From: Eledone cirrhosa
Lineage: Eukaryota
Assembly: GCA_964016885.1 (NCBI GenBank)
Contig: CAXHJY010001592.1
Location: 8,071-72,070 of the forward strand
Direction of reading: 5' to 3'
DNA length: 64,000 nt
Position 1 is the first letter of the stretch; each line of letters starts with the position of its first letter. This document shows positions 1 through 12,305 of the stretch, in pieces. A program made the translations under genes and the position numbers. The notes beneath the pieces were generated by a model. It ran no database searches and had not been told where the DNA came from. It worked only from the letters and a program-made list of their open reading frames with translations.

Positions 1-207
1 CAACTATATGCCAAAAATCAACAGACACATTCACAAAAAAACAAAAAAACACATACTCATTTTTATATATGTGTGTGTGGTTTTATGTGTGTATATGTGT
101 GTATATGTGTTTGTGTGTGTGTTTATGGTTGCGCGTAAGTGTGTGAGTGAGTATGTGTTTTTTTGTTTTTTTTGTGAATGTGTCTGTTGATTTTTGGCAT
201 ATAGTTG
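1..207. repeat. Centre of an inverted repeat whose left arm runs off the window
   Basis: 1-59 (caactatatgccaaaaatcaacagacacattcac...) is the reverse complement of ~148-207 (...gtgaatgtgtctgttgatttttggcatatagttg). Confidence 0.9.
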
Positions 208-697
208 ATTAGTTTAAGAGAAGTTCGAAGATAATAGTAAGATATGCACTCAGTATTTTGAATCTGTCTGCAGAATTCTCTAGACCTTTGTCACTTAGTA
301 GAACCTTAATGACTTTAGCTTTTAAAGAATCTCCTTTTCTTTAATTCTATCGACCATGAATGACCCCCACTGATTTTATAGACATCTGTTAGCTTAAGAG
401 AAACTTATTGACAAGGAATGGTATGCCATCCGGAACCTGTTTATAGAATTCTGTCTGCCCTTGTTACTCTAAAAACATAAATAAATAAAAATAAAAATAA
501 ACTATAGCTTTGTAGAATTAGCTTTTAATGAATTCCCTTTTCTATCAACCAATGACCTGCACCCATCCCACTCCCCACCCTCTCCTACCACTTGTAGAGA
601 CCTATAAATACCATATTTATTTTTTGATACCCAGATTCCTGATGATTTCTAATGAATGAAACAGTTCTAGTCCTGTAGAATCTCATCTATATTAAAA

Positions 698-840
698 CTA
701 TATTATATATATATATATATTATATATATATATATATATTATATATATATATTATATATATATATATTATATATATATATATATTATATATATTATATAT
801 ATATATATTATATATATATATATATATTATATATATATAT

Positions 841-874
<34 letters not shown>

Positions 875-888
875 ATATTATATATATA

Positions 889-931
<43 letters not shown>

Positions 932-1013
932 AATATATATATATATTATATATATATATATAATATATATATATATTATATATATATATATATATATTAT
1001 ACATATATATTAC

Positions 1014-1059
<46 letters not shown>

Positions 1060-1068
1060 ATATATATT
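698..1068. repeat. Interrupted (TA)n microsatellite
   Basis: Almost pure TA with periodic TT interruptions. Confidence 0.95.
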
Positions 1069-2345
1069 AATGTAGGAGGTGAGTTTTATTGTAGTACAAT
1101 AAAGCAATGCAGATATCGGATAAGAAGCACTCTACAGTTTGTAGGACTGGAGTATGCATAATATAAGATCAAAAGATGGTTAAAGGAGTTCCATATATTT
1201 TATTATTTGCATTTCAAAAACAAACATCATCATGCAATAATATTTGTGTTTTCATCAGATAAAACAGGAGAACATGATATGAAGGCTAAAAAACACTTGT
1301 GGATAGTGCAGTTTTAAATCAACATATGAAAAGTGGTTTTAGATTGATGTGTGATATTGGGAAAAATATTTTATTTAGAGAGGGGGCGGGGAAAGGATGA
1401 AAAGGGAAGGAGATGAGAGGGAGAGATGGGTGATAGAGAGAAAGAGATAGTTTTTATAACTGAGAGGAGATATATTTTTTACATAGAGAGGTTGAAAACC
1501 GTTGGAAGATACTGTATAAATTAAAAATTTTGAAAATTAACGAAGGGAGGATATGTGCGAGGAAAAAATATTTTATTTAGGGAGGGGGGGGTGGAGAGGA
1601 TTAAAAAAAGGGGGAGGAGATGAGAGTGAAGGTGGAGAGGGAGAGATGGGTGATAGAGAGAAAGGGATAGTTTTTATAACTGAGAAAAAGATATATTGTT
1701 TTAACATAGAGAGGTTGGGAACCGTTGGAAGATAATGTATAAATTAAAGGAATTTGAAAATTAACGAAGGGAAATTATGTATGAAGATAGAGAGAAAAAA
1801 ATAATAATTGTGGATGAATATTCTAACGTCAAAAAAGAAATGTATGTATTGTGGCAATTTCAAAATTAACGAAGAGAAAAATTATTAAGGTTTGTGTGTA
1901 GAAGGATTTGAGAAAAATAATGTGAAGTTAAAGTTTGTATATTGATTGAATTGATAATATATGCGAATAAAGAGTTAATATGTGTTAATAATGAGTTCGT
2001 TGATGGGGAGAAAAAAATAATAATAAATTAAGGATGAAATTGAGATTAAAAAGATTTATGATAGAGAGAAAAAATAATAATGATTGCGGATGAATATTCT
2101 AACGTCAAAACAAATGTTATGATTTTACAAGGAGAAGATAGAATGAGGGTAATGAGTAAACAAGTATTATAGAGTGTATAATGCCCTTTAAAGTAAGGTA
2201 GATGGGTATATTTTAAAGAGGTGTATGTATATGTGCCTTTGAGAAAAGATTCTAAATTGATAAAGAATTGAATATTAACTGTATACTTTGTGAAAAGTTC
2301 TATGGAATTTATGCAGGCAGATAGAAAACAAATCTGCGCCTCTAT
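1069..2345 (-). mobile_element. Degenerate Penelope-like element remnant with ~220-bp internal duplications and an HHR
   Basis: Minus-strand translation near 2170-2240 (YTYTSLKYTHLPTLKGIIHSII) weakly resembles the PLE RT thumb motif. HHR at 1198-1264. Duplicated blocks start at ~1420 and ~1640. (TA)n lies on both sides. Confidence 0.4.
1198..1264 (-). ncRNA. Minimal type I hammerhead ribozyme motif
   Basis: Minus strand reads ttttat-CTGATGA-[aaacacaaatattatt gcat gatgatgtttgttttt hairpin]-GAAA-tgcaaa-TA-ataaaa. Confidence 0.6.
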
Positions 2346-2376
2346 TTATTATAGAATCTATATTATATATATATGT

Positions 2377-2414
<38 letters not shown>

Positions 2415-2540
2415 ATATATATATTATATTTATATATATATTATATATATATATATTATATATATATTTATATTATATATATATTATATATATATATTAT
2501 ATATATATATTATATATATATATATTATATATATATATAT

Positions 2541-2612
<72 letters not shown>

Positions 2613-2619
2613 TATATAT

Positions 2620-2651
<32 letters not shown>

Positions 2652-2718
2652 ATATATTATATATATATTATATATATTATATATATATTATATATATATT
2701 ATATATTATATATATTTA

Positions 2719-2770
<52 letters not shown>

Positions 2771-2785
2771 ATATATTTATATATA

Positions 2786-2828
<43 letters not shown>

Positions 2829-2868
2829 ATATATATATTATAAATATATATATATTATATATATATTA
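2346..2868. repeat. Interrupted (TA)n microsatellite
   Basis: Direct inspection; source of the spurious IY-rich ORFs. Confidence 0.95.
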
Positions 2869-3010
2869 TGGATTGGCAGTATCGGTAGAGGGTCGGACGC
2901 CATGCTTTCCAGCATAGTTACGTCCCTTTAAGATCTGAGTTCAAATCCCGCCGAGGTTTACTTTGCCTTTTATCCTTACGGGGTCGATAATATAAAGTAC
3001 CAGTAATGCA
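2869..3010 (+). mobile_element. tRNA-derived SINE with Nin/Deu-type central domain (truncated)
   Basis: A-box-like ggattggcagtatcggtagag, B-box gagttcaaatcc, and central tttgccttt(t/c)atccttacggggtcgataa. Confidence 0.85.
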
Positions 3011-4058
3011 TCCAGCAAATAGCTAACTCCATCCACCAGAGTATTATAGTTACTATAGACTACCCAAGCAAACACTCCAACCATCGATTACCTGTACTAG
3101 ACACAGAGCTCTGGTTAGATACCATTAATAACAAAAAACAAATCCTCCATTCCCATTATGCCAAACCCATGACTTCCAAATATCTGATCCACCGAAACTC
3201 AGCTGTTTCGGACCATACCAACATCAACATACAGATTGCGGATTTCGTACGGGTGATGAGAAACGTGTCCCGCATGTGCAACCCCGAAGAACTAGAGAGA
3301 CACATACAACACTTCATCCACCGTATGCAGTTCTCTGGTTACAATCAGAGAGATAAAATCAGAGTGTATAGAGGAGCCAGAACCAAATGGGAAAAAATGG
3401 TAAATAATGACACAAATGGGACCTGCCCCTTGTATAAGAGCAAATTTTGGAATAGAATAGAAAGAACTAGGAATAAGGCTAATAGAATAAACTCATGGTA
3501 TGATAGCAATAAATACCAGAGTGTAATGTTCATCGATACAACCCCTAGAGGTGAAATAGCTTACAAATTTAGAAGGGCCCTAGATAAACATAAACTCAAT
3601 ATTAAGATAGTAGAAAGACCAGGTACCTCCATAAAAACACTTATTAGCAAGGCATACCCTTTTCAAAGACCCCCTGTATAGATAAGAAATGTATAACCTG
3701 TAAATTATGCCCCCGTATTAACTGTAAAACTAGAAATGTAGTATAAAGCATAAGATGTACTGAAGGACAATGTAGAGACAAAAATATAGTGTACATAGGT
3801 GAGACAGCTCGTAGTATAGAGGAACGGATAAATGAACACTGGCGAGACCTTCAAGATAGTAAAGAATCATCTGTACTCTACCAACATGCTAAAATAGAAC
3901 ACAAGGGTAAATTAGAGAACATAGAAATAAAAATGGAATCTACACACAGAAAAGATGCAATGTTTAGACAAATCACAGAGGCAATAAACATAAAAGAATT
4001 ACAACCAAAATTAAATAGAAAATATGAGTGGAACAGCAACATCACAACTTACAATTAA
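3010..4058 (+). pseudogene. Penelope-like element 3' fragment: RT C-terminus, Cys-rich linker and GIY-YIG endonuclease, with stop codons
   Basis: ORF 3169-3681 (HRMQFSGY...SVMFIDTTPRGEIA...IKIVERPG) is followed by CITCKLC...CKTRNVV and YIGETARSIEERINEH...RQITEAINIKELQPKLNRK. Confidence 0.9.
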
Positions 4059-4268
4059 GGACAAAATAAAAACACACACACACATAGAACAAACAACCAA
4101 CCAATAACATGTAAATAAATAAATAAATAAACAAATAGATAAATGAACATAAACACACAGACACCCGGATGTGGCGCATGCGCAAACTGAGCACACAACA
4201 CACACACAGAAACAAAATGGCGTAGGACAGAAGAAAGGAAAGGCACAGAAACAAAGAAAGGAATCCCC

Positions 4269-4313
4269 AGTCACTGAAGAGGTCACAGAGTGTGTGACGA
4301 AAGGACTATGACT
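4269..4313 (+). ncRNA. Minimal hammerhead motif in the PLE 3' pseudo-LTR
   Basis: agtca-CTGAAGA-g gtcaca gagtg tgtgac-GAAA-ggac-TA-tgact, ~210 nt after the GIY-YIG stop. Confidence 0.75.
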
Positions 4314-4466
4314 ATATATAAACAACTATCTGGTTGTGGAACCAACCAACCAACCAGAAATTTATAAATTTGTAAATTTGTAAATTTATAAATATATAAT
4401 AAATTGAAGTGAAAGCAACTGGTGCGTGTGTTTCTTATTGGCAACATGACCCTCCCAAAGTATAAC

Positions 4467-4500
<34 letters not shown>

Positions 4501-4646
4501 TTTTGAGTTTATGTTGGTTGTATACCAACACTTCAGTATGCAGGCTGGAGCACTCGACGAAGTGCGCAGGTTGGTTTGGTTACTCCGGAGTAGTGTAAAA
4601 TAAAGTTAAATAAAAGTCAAATGATTAAAATTTAGCTTCGTTTATT

Positions 4647-4701
4647 ACTGCTATATATATTTCAGTGACAGCCATCTTTGGCTGTGACCTCTTCAGGCAG
4701 T
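4647..4701 (-). ncRNA. Minimal hammerhead motif (probable pLTR of a second, oppositely oriented PLE remnant at ~4500-5010)
   Basis: Minus strand reads actgc-CTGAAGA-ggtcacagcca aaga tggctgtcact-GAAA-tatata-TA-gcagt. Confidence 0.75.
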
Positions 4702-5015
4702 TTGAATTAGTATGGTATAGACAAGTACATATGTTATTTAGGTGTATGATATTGTCAATACTCTGATATGCCCAGTTCCTTGTTGGGTTGTTAATTCACT
4801 GGGGAACTGGAGTCATATGAATTCAAACAAACGAATTTTGGTGTCACAGGTCCCCTTCTCCTCTCATTGGTCAGTTATTAGAACATTCCTCATTCTAAGT
4901 GTTGTTATTGTTGGAGTTAGCTTAAAAATTGATAAAATGGTAGAAGGGACAAGGTGTTAAAGGAACAAAATAACAAAAAAAGTGTCAAACTTCCCATTGT
5001 TCAGTTCTGAGAGCA

Positions 5016-5047
<32 letters not shown>

Positions 5048-5235
5048 GTGTGTGTGTCTACTTGATGCAATATCAGTTCAGAGATTAGGAAAGCCACAAA
5101 TCAAGGTAGGACTCAATATAAATTTAGATGCAGAATATTTAGCCAGTTTGAACACATGCACGTATACATATGCACATGTGTGTAGTTGTCCCTACGTAAA
5201 TGACTATAATAATGATAATCGTCGATCACTATAAA

Positions 5236-5415
5236 TGTTTCTACTTTTGGCACAAGGCCAGCAATTATTTCAGTGCATTACTGGTACTTTATTTTATCGA
5301 CCCCCGTAAGGATGAAAGGCAAAGTTAACCTCGGCGGGATTTGTACTCAGACCATAAAGGGGCGTAACTCTATGCTGCAAATCATGGAGTCCGACTCTCT
5401 ACTGATACTGCCAAT
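5236..5415 (-). mobile_element. tRNA/Nin-domain SINE
   Basis: Reverse complement of the SINE consensus seen at 31061-31250. Confidence 0.85.
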
Positions 5416-5946
5416 AGTTAAGTAAATCAGTTAAAGTACCCAAGAAGATGGGAAAAAACTGAACATAGGCGCCAGTAGCTAGAAGTCTGAACATCCGGTT
5501 GACTAATGAAATATTGAGAAAATCGAAATTTGAAATGTAGTCGTCCCGACGAAAATGACTATAATAATAATATCGACTGCTAGAAATAATATTTGAGAAA
5601 AACGGTAGAATGTTATGTCGATACATTTTATACAAACACATAAATAAGAAAACTGGTTGTGTGACTTGGGCAAAGTGTTTAAAAACTAAATTCTGTACAA
5701 GAGGAAGTTACTCTTCCTTCCTTCTTAAATCATGTGGAGATAACTTTTTTCTACTGTGGACAGTTCAGTGAAATAAATGACTTGACATTTTTTACACAAA
5801 AGTAGTTTGAAGTTTCTATATTTACCTAAAAACCTTCCATCACATTTGTATGTACGATTGTTATGTTACAATCCAAACACCAGTTTAATAATTTTAATAA
5901 TGAAAAATAAATACTGTTCACACACACACAATATATATATATATAT

Positions 5947-6136
5947 AATTGTTTCTACTTTTGGCACAAGACCAGCAATTACCCAGTGCATTACTGGTAC
6001 TTTATTTTATCGACCCCGTAAGGATGAAAGGCAAAGTTAACCTCGGCGGGATTTGAACTCAGAATGGCAAGGACCGTAACTCTATGCGTCAAAGCATGGC
6101 GTCCGACCCTCTACCGATACTGCCAATCCACCGCCC
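5947..6136 (-). mobile_element. tRNA/Nin-domain SINE, full length
   Basis: aattgtttctacttttggcacaag...gatttgaactc...tgccaatccaccgccc. Confidence 0.9.
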
Positions 6137-6294
6137 TATGTTAGGTGTATAACAACAGGCAGCGCGCTGTTATATATATATATATATATACACACACAGG
6201 ATGCCCCCCCCCCCCCCCAAAAAAAAAATGTATACACACTTCAACAGCATTCAAATAAATATGTATATATTTTTGGGGGACAGACAACCTGTGC

Positions 6295-6326
<32 letters not shown>

Positions 6327-7214
6327 AGTGCCCATTTTGTGGGTGGAGTATAATGAATGCTATGTAGGTGAGGCTTACACGTGTAGTAGAATTTGAATTG
6401 CAGTGAGAAGTATGGATTGTTCTTAATAGGAGCTAGAGTGATTGAGTTGGCAAATAAGAAAACTACCAATCTGAAAGAGAAGATATTTTAATGCTGGTCT
6501 TTAAAAAATCACAAAGGCTGGAAGTGCTATAAATTCTCAAAGATCTACCGACTAATACAGAACTTTCCAATACACGGAAGCTACAAAAAGATTCAACAAT
6601 AGAAACATTTAACTAATTTTTCTTATTTTTGCCCCAAGTGCTTCTTCTCTCTCTCTCGTTTTTTTTTCTTAATTATAAGACAGATATTTTCTCAACCAGC
6701 CATAGCTTACCAGCTCTACACAGATGTTTAAATTGATTAAGTGGATAAAAAGATAAAAGCAGATTTATATGTGAGATATGCGTTGGTGTGCAACGACCAC
6801 ATAAAATGTAGGTGTGGTTGCAAAAAATACTGAATAGAAATTTAGAAAAAGTGTTTGTAAAAATAAATTCAATACAATGAGAGCGTGTTTGAGTTAGTCG
6901 ATATCAGTCATGCGTGGGTCAGACAAAAGTTTGTAAGAAATATTCAAAGTCATTCTAGAATGAATGGATAAATACCAATACGCCTATGCTTTCTAAATTT
7001 ATGTTTATATATCAATGTGCTTGATAATCATATATATTTATATATATTGTATGAGGCAACGAAGTTTCACTTTAAAATGTCTTTATTCCATATCGAACAT
7101 CGCATATGTTTCACAAATGATCGGATAGAGATCTTTATCGATATGATAGAGCTGACTTCAGTATGGGTTTGCTTATCAGACGTATAGATTTCAGTCAAGA
7201 TATTTTATATACTC

Positions 7215-7297
<83 letters not shown>

Positions 7298-7584
7298 AAC
7301 AAATAACGAAACGAAATTAAATTTCGTTTCGCTTCTAACTCACTTTTGTATGACTGACACTTAAACAATTAAGTTAAAGTGTACATCCACATATGTATAC
7401 GGAAGTATTAGTATGCATATAAATACACACATGTATACATATGTACATGTACTGAGTTTTTCACTAGACACTTTACAGTGAGTGTCAGCTAGTCTGTATG
7501 TAACCACACAGATGGACCGGGTTTTAGAGTCATACGAGTTTTCAAGGAAAAACATTTCCTCTATTCTCCAGAGGGCCAGACAGG

Positions 7585-7628
7585 AATATTGGACTAGTTT
7601 CGATGTATTACATCTCATCAGCAATATT
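7585..7628 (-). ncRNA. Minimal hammerhead ribozyme, family 1
   Basis: Reverse complement of the 8419-8463 motif with a 1-nt deletion in stem-loop II. Confidence 0.8.
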
Positions 7629-8052
7629 TACCCATCTTCCGGCTTCTCTGGAGAATTGTAAAAGCACATATCGTTATATGCTTTTTCTATGAAAATTAGT
7701 AGTGGGTAGACCAATTTGCATAGAACGTGAGTTATTGTACGCACCGGTTCAGCGGAAACGATAAAAACAAATAACGAAACGAAATTAAATTTCGTTTCGC
7801 TTCTAACTCACTTTTGTATGACTGACGCTTAAACAATTAAGTTAAAGTGTACATCTACATATGTATACGGAAGTATTAGTATGCATATAAATACACACAT
7901 GTATACATATGTACATGTACTGAGTTTTTCACTAGACACTTTACAGTGAGTGTCAGCTAGTCTGTATGTAACCACACAGATGGACCGGGTTTTAGAGTCA
8001 TACGAGTTTTCAAGGAAAAACATTTCCTCTATTCTCCAGAGGGCCAGACAGG

Positions 8053-8097
8053 AATATTGGACTAGTTTCGATGTTATTACATCTCATCAGCAATATT
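8053..8097 (-). ncRNA. Minimal hammerhead ribozyme, family 1
   Basis: Exact reverse complement of the 8419-8463 motif. Confidence 0.85.
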
Positions 8098-8418
8098 TAC
8101 CCATCTTCCGGCTTCTCTGGAGAATTGTAAAAGCACATATCGTTATATGCTTTTTCTATGAAAATTAGTAGTGGGTAGACCAATTTGCATAGAACGTGAG
8201 TTATTGTACGCACCGGTTCAGCGGAAACGATAAAAACAAATAACGAAACGAAATTAAATTTCGTTTCGCTTCTAACTCACTTTTGTATGACTGACGCTTA
8301 AACAATTAAGTTAAAGTCACGTTCTATGCAAATTGGTCTACCCACTACTAATTTTCATAGAAAAAGCATATAACGATATGTGCTTTTACAATTCTCCAGA
8401 GAAGCCGGAAGATGGGTA

Positions 8419-8463
8419 AATATTGCTGATGAGATGTAATAACATCGAAACTAGTCCAATATT
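8419..8463 (+). ncRNA. Minimal hammerhead ribozyme, family 1
   Basis: aatattg-CTGATGA-GATGT aata ACATC-GAAA-CTAG-TC-caatatt: full catalytic core, 7-bp stem I, palindromic CTAG in place of stem III, GUC cleavage triplet. Confidence 0.9.
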
Positions 8464-8890
8464 CCTGTCTGGCCCTCTGGAGAATAGAGGAAATGTGTTT
8501 CCTTGAAAACTCGTATGACTCTAAAACCCGGTCCGTCTGTGTGGTTACATACAGACTAGCTGTAAACACTCACTGTAAAGTGTCTAGTGAAAAACTCAGT
8601 ACATGTACATATGTATACATGTGTGTATTTATATGCATACTAATACTTCCGTATACATATGTAGATGTACACTTTAACTTAATTGTTTAAGCGTCAGTCA
8701 TACAAAAGTGAGTTAGAAGCGAAACGAAATTTAATTTCGTTTCGTTATTTGTTTTTATCGTTTCCGCTGAACCGGTGCGTACAATAACTCACGTTCTATG
8801 CAAATTGGTCTACCCACTACTAATTTTCATAGAAAAAGCATATAACGATATGTGCTTTTACAATTCTCCAGAGAAGCCGGAAGATGGGTA

Positions 8891-8935
8891 AATATTGCTG
8901 ATGAGATGTAATAACATCGAAACTAGTCCAATATT
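8891..8935 (+). ncRNA. Minimal hammerhead ribozyme, family 1
   Basis: Same motif as 8419-8463. Confidence 0.9.
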
Positions 8936-9159
8936 CCTGTCTGGCCCTCTGGAGAATAGAGGAAATGTGTTTCTTTGAAAACTCGTATGACTCTAAAACC
9001 CGGTCCGTCTGTGTGGTTACATACAGACTAGCTGACACTCACTGTAAAGTGTCTAGTGAAAAACCCAGTACATGTACATATGTATACATGTGTGTATTTA
9101 TATGCATACTAATACTTCCGTATACATATGTAGATGTACACTTTAACTTAATTATATAT

Positions 9160-9540
9160 AGTATTAAGGATACTATTTATGGTTATGTATATACTAAAAC
9201 TTTTTATAGTTATAATAATCTTATATAAATAAAATACACATGCATGCCCCACGTGTAACTATTGCATACACTAACTACTTCAAACTGTCCTCTTGCATTA
9301 TCTTCGTAAACTGCCGATGTTGTATTTTAACTTTAATTTTGTTTTAATATGATTTTAATTTTTGAATATAAATTGGCATGCAAAAATATTATAATGGACG
9401 TAACCCCACCGTGCATCGATATATACATATGTTTCTGCATGTCTCTTGTGTTGGAAAGGAGGTCATGTATGTAAACAATCATTGAAAAATTGCTCCGAAG
9501 ACTCCAAACCTCGGTTTGGACGAAACTATTGATTCATGTG

Positions 9541-9545
<5 letters not shown>
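9160..9545 (+). mobile_element. Diverged 3' tail of the PLE family at 36796-42035, with a partial HHR at 9491-9530
   Basis: tgtctct...aaaggaggtcat...aaattgctccgaagactccaaacctcggtttggacgaaac matches 41730-41816. Confidence 0.7.
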
Positions 9546-9587
<42 letters not shown>

Positions 9588-9800
9588 TCCTGGAATTCAA
9601 GAAAATATTAGAACAGGAGGCCAGTTATTGCTCAGGCCAAGTGTTGAGTAAAAATAAAATTAAAACGTTTGATAGGATGAAAGTAGTAAGTTGTAACGCT
9701 AAAAATAACTCACTAACTCTCGACTAAAAACTGCTCGACTAAGCCAGGTGTAATGAGAGAAGCTAAAAGCCCAAGGCCTCAGGAAACTACATATCTGATA

Positions 9801-10235
9801 TACTCTTGGGTCTCGAGTAATCATCTCCCTCCCCGCTTATTAATTCTTCAGATTTTTTCCAACAACACCGCTTTTATCCCCCGCACCCGCTTATTAAATT
9901 TTGCTCATCTATCTCCGGCGAAATTTTATTTTAAGTGGTAGCATTCCTGAGATAATTAATTTTCTTTAGATATAAAAGAAAACCCATTATACATGACCGA
10001 AAAAAAGTATATTACTTGAAATCCCATACGTTATATGATAAATAGGATGGTTTTGGGCGTCTCAATGTGTAAACTTAACGACTAATTCTGGTTTTTTAAA
10101 AAATCAACGGAGACAACCTAGAAAATTTACCGATTTTCCAACCTCCCCACTTATCCCACCTCTTCTTATTCCAACTCTCCAGTTTATCAACTCCCCCGCT
10201 TATCCCCTCCCCCTATTATTTGGGACCCGAGAGTA
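9801..10235. mobile_element. MITE with TA termini (Tc1/mariner-superfamily type)
   Basis: Imperfect TIRs tactcttgggtctcgagtaat / attatttgggacccgagagta. Confidence 0.7.
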
Positions 10236-10498
10236 CATATATATATAAATATATATTGTGTGTGTGTGTTGAGATATATGTATCTGTGTTCGTGTCTATT
10301 CTGTCGTTATAAATGTAGCAGCTGTTCTCAACACATAACCGAATAACAGAATATGTCTGGTTAAATCTAGTGACACAGTTTTACGTTATTGTCATAACTG
10401 TCGACGCTGTGACATTTATGCTGAAATAAACGCAGACAATAGGGACATGTTTGTGTGTGTGGGTGTGAGTCCGTTTATCTATTAGCATGTCTATCTAT

Positions 10499-11486
10499 GG
10501 GCGCCTGGCACACTGAGTGTGCCCAGGCGCTCACCGCCCTCTGGCAGGCGGATCCGGTTGTCAGTGGAGACTCCACCGCAACATTCTATAGAGGGCTGGT
10601 ACGCAGCAGGTGCGACGACGCCCTCGGAGAAGCCCTAGACATGGAGGAGGACGAACTGGCCAGCCTGTTCGGTAGGACATTCAGCCCGGGACCTATGGAC
10701 AACTTCCAGAAGTCCCTGGCCTGGCAGTGCTACCGAGGGGCTTTACCCGTTCGAGAAAGGCTCTACAGACACGGGCGCCCGGGTAGGGACCCCGCCAAAA
10801 AGATCTGTCCCAGATGCGTGTGCGACGAGGAAACCGTTGCACACGCATTGGTACACTGCTCGGGCGTAGCCGATCTGTGGGGCTATGTCGAACAACTGCT
10901 GTCAAGGGTGGGACCGATCCGGTTGACCACCGAGTCTATTGTAATGATCAAGCCGCCTCCCCCCTTCAAAGATGAAGCAGAGGCGGTGTTTCTGTGCGTA
11001 ATAGCCATGGCGAAAGAGGTTGTATGGTGGACGCGTCTGAAAGGACTGAGGTCGGGCACCTTTCTCTCTGGCCAACAACTGGTCCGTTTCTTCCGATATC
11101 ATTTCGGAAGAAGGATCAGGATGGAGAGAGAGGTGCTGCACCCCAGCCGTTTCTATGAAAGATGGGTGAAAGTGGCGAGAATGGCCCGTGTGAATGGGCC
11201 TTCACTCTACATCAGACTATAGGTGAGGAAGATGAAAGACCAAGGGAGCACCCCTTCTCTGTGCTCCTGAGGAGAAGGGTTGCACACTTTTTTCGGGGGT
11301 GTGTGCGACCCCCCAAGGCGCCTCCTCTCTATTGAGGATTTTGTTAAAAATTTTATTTTTTGTTATATCTTATTTTATTTTTATATTTTGTTATTGCCTC
11401 CTCCTTATTGAGGACGCCTTTTTGTGTAAACTCCCCCCTTTGTACTTGTCCCACTTTTGATGCCCTAGTGGCAAATAAAAGAAATA

Positions 11487-11488
<2 letters not shown>
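10499..11488 (+). mobile_element. 5'-truncated Tx1/L1-clade non-LTR retrotransposon (ORF2 C-terminal zinc-binding region to stop 11222, plus 3' UTR)
   Basis: LAWQCYRGALPVRERL...CPRCVCDEETVAHALVHC (zf-RVT CCHC). GC-rich. AATAAA followed by (TCTA)n, with tctatctat also at the 5' junction. Confidence 0.85.
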
Positions 11489-11563
<75 letters not shown>

Positions 11564-11654
11564 CTCTATCAGTCTATCTATCTACACACACATTTATATA
11601 TATCGATATGTCTGTCTCTTGATTTCTTTCTGCCCTCTCTGTTTATACATATGT

Positions 11655-11741
<87 letters not shown>

Positions 11742-12305
11742 AGGATGTTGACCAGTTCTCCTTTTCGGGTAGTGTTTTCGATGCTCAGAGAGTGGGAATG
11801 GTCGAGTGCAAGGCCTTTCTCCATTAAAAAAAACTTCAATTTTCTGTAATCTGACGAGCGATTGCAATACTCTTAGCAGAGTTTGCAGCCATCATGTATG
11901 CAGTGCAAGTTGAAGATCTTGCGGTACTTGTGTGATTATATAAAAGCGTCTACTAATTAGAGCCAGGAGGTCTTAGCTATATTCGTCGATTAAATGGAGG
12001 ATTGAATGATCTTATTTTCCTCCTCTCTTAAGCGCAGGTGGCTTGTTCTCCATGTATACTATTTTTTCTTTAAATCCACTTTTCTCTATTCCCTTATTGT
12101 AATGGGATGTCTCTGTTGAAGATATGTTTATTGGAGAATAAGCTAGAGATTCTTCTGGAAAGTCCCGTTTCCAAGGTTTCTAACTATAGTTATAGTTGGA
12201 ATTCCTATGTATATATACCGTTTGCACATTAAGCTTCTTAGAGGCGGAGGATGGGGTGCTTACCAGTATTGAGCACCAAAATGACGTCCAGAACGTTGAC
12301 TTTGG

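Larger units (their letters stand above)
7297..9152. mobile_element. Palindromic tandem array of ~469-bp HHR-containing units (retrozyme-like, family 1)
   Basis: Units start at 7297, 7765 and 8234 in minus orientation; the array inverts at ~8317 and continues for ~1.8 units in plus orientation. One HHR per unit, (TA)n at both outer ends, no meaningful ORF. Confidence 0.85.

Noticed and set aside
630-680. Possible hammerhead (ctgatga-tttctaatgaat-gaaa)
   Set aside because: Stem II is weak and no convincing stem I partner is present.
7361-9228. Repeated 64-87 aa ORFs in the 469-bp units
   Set aside because: They occur on both strands, are not preserved in the 48662-50040 subfamily and have no recognisable motif.
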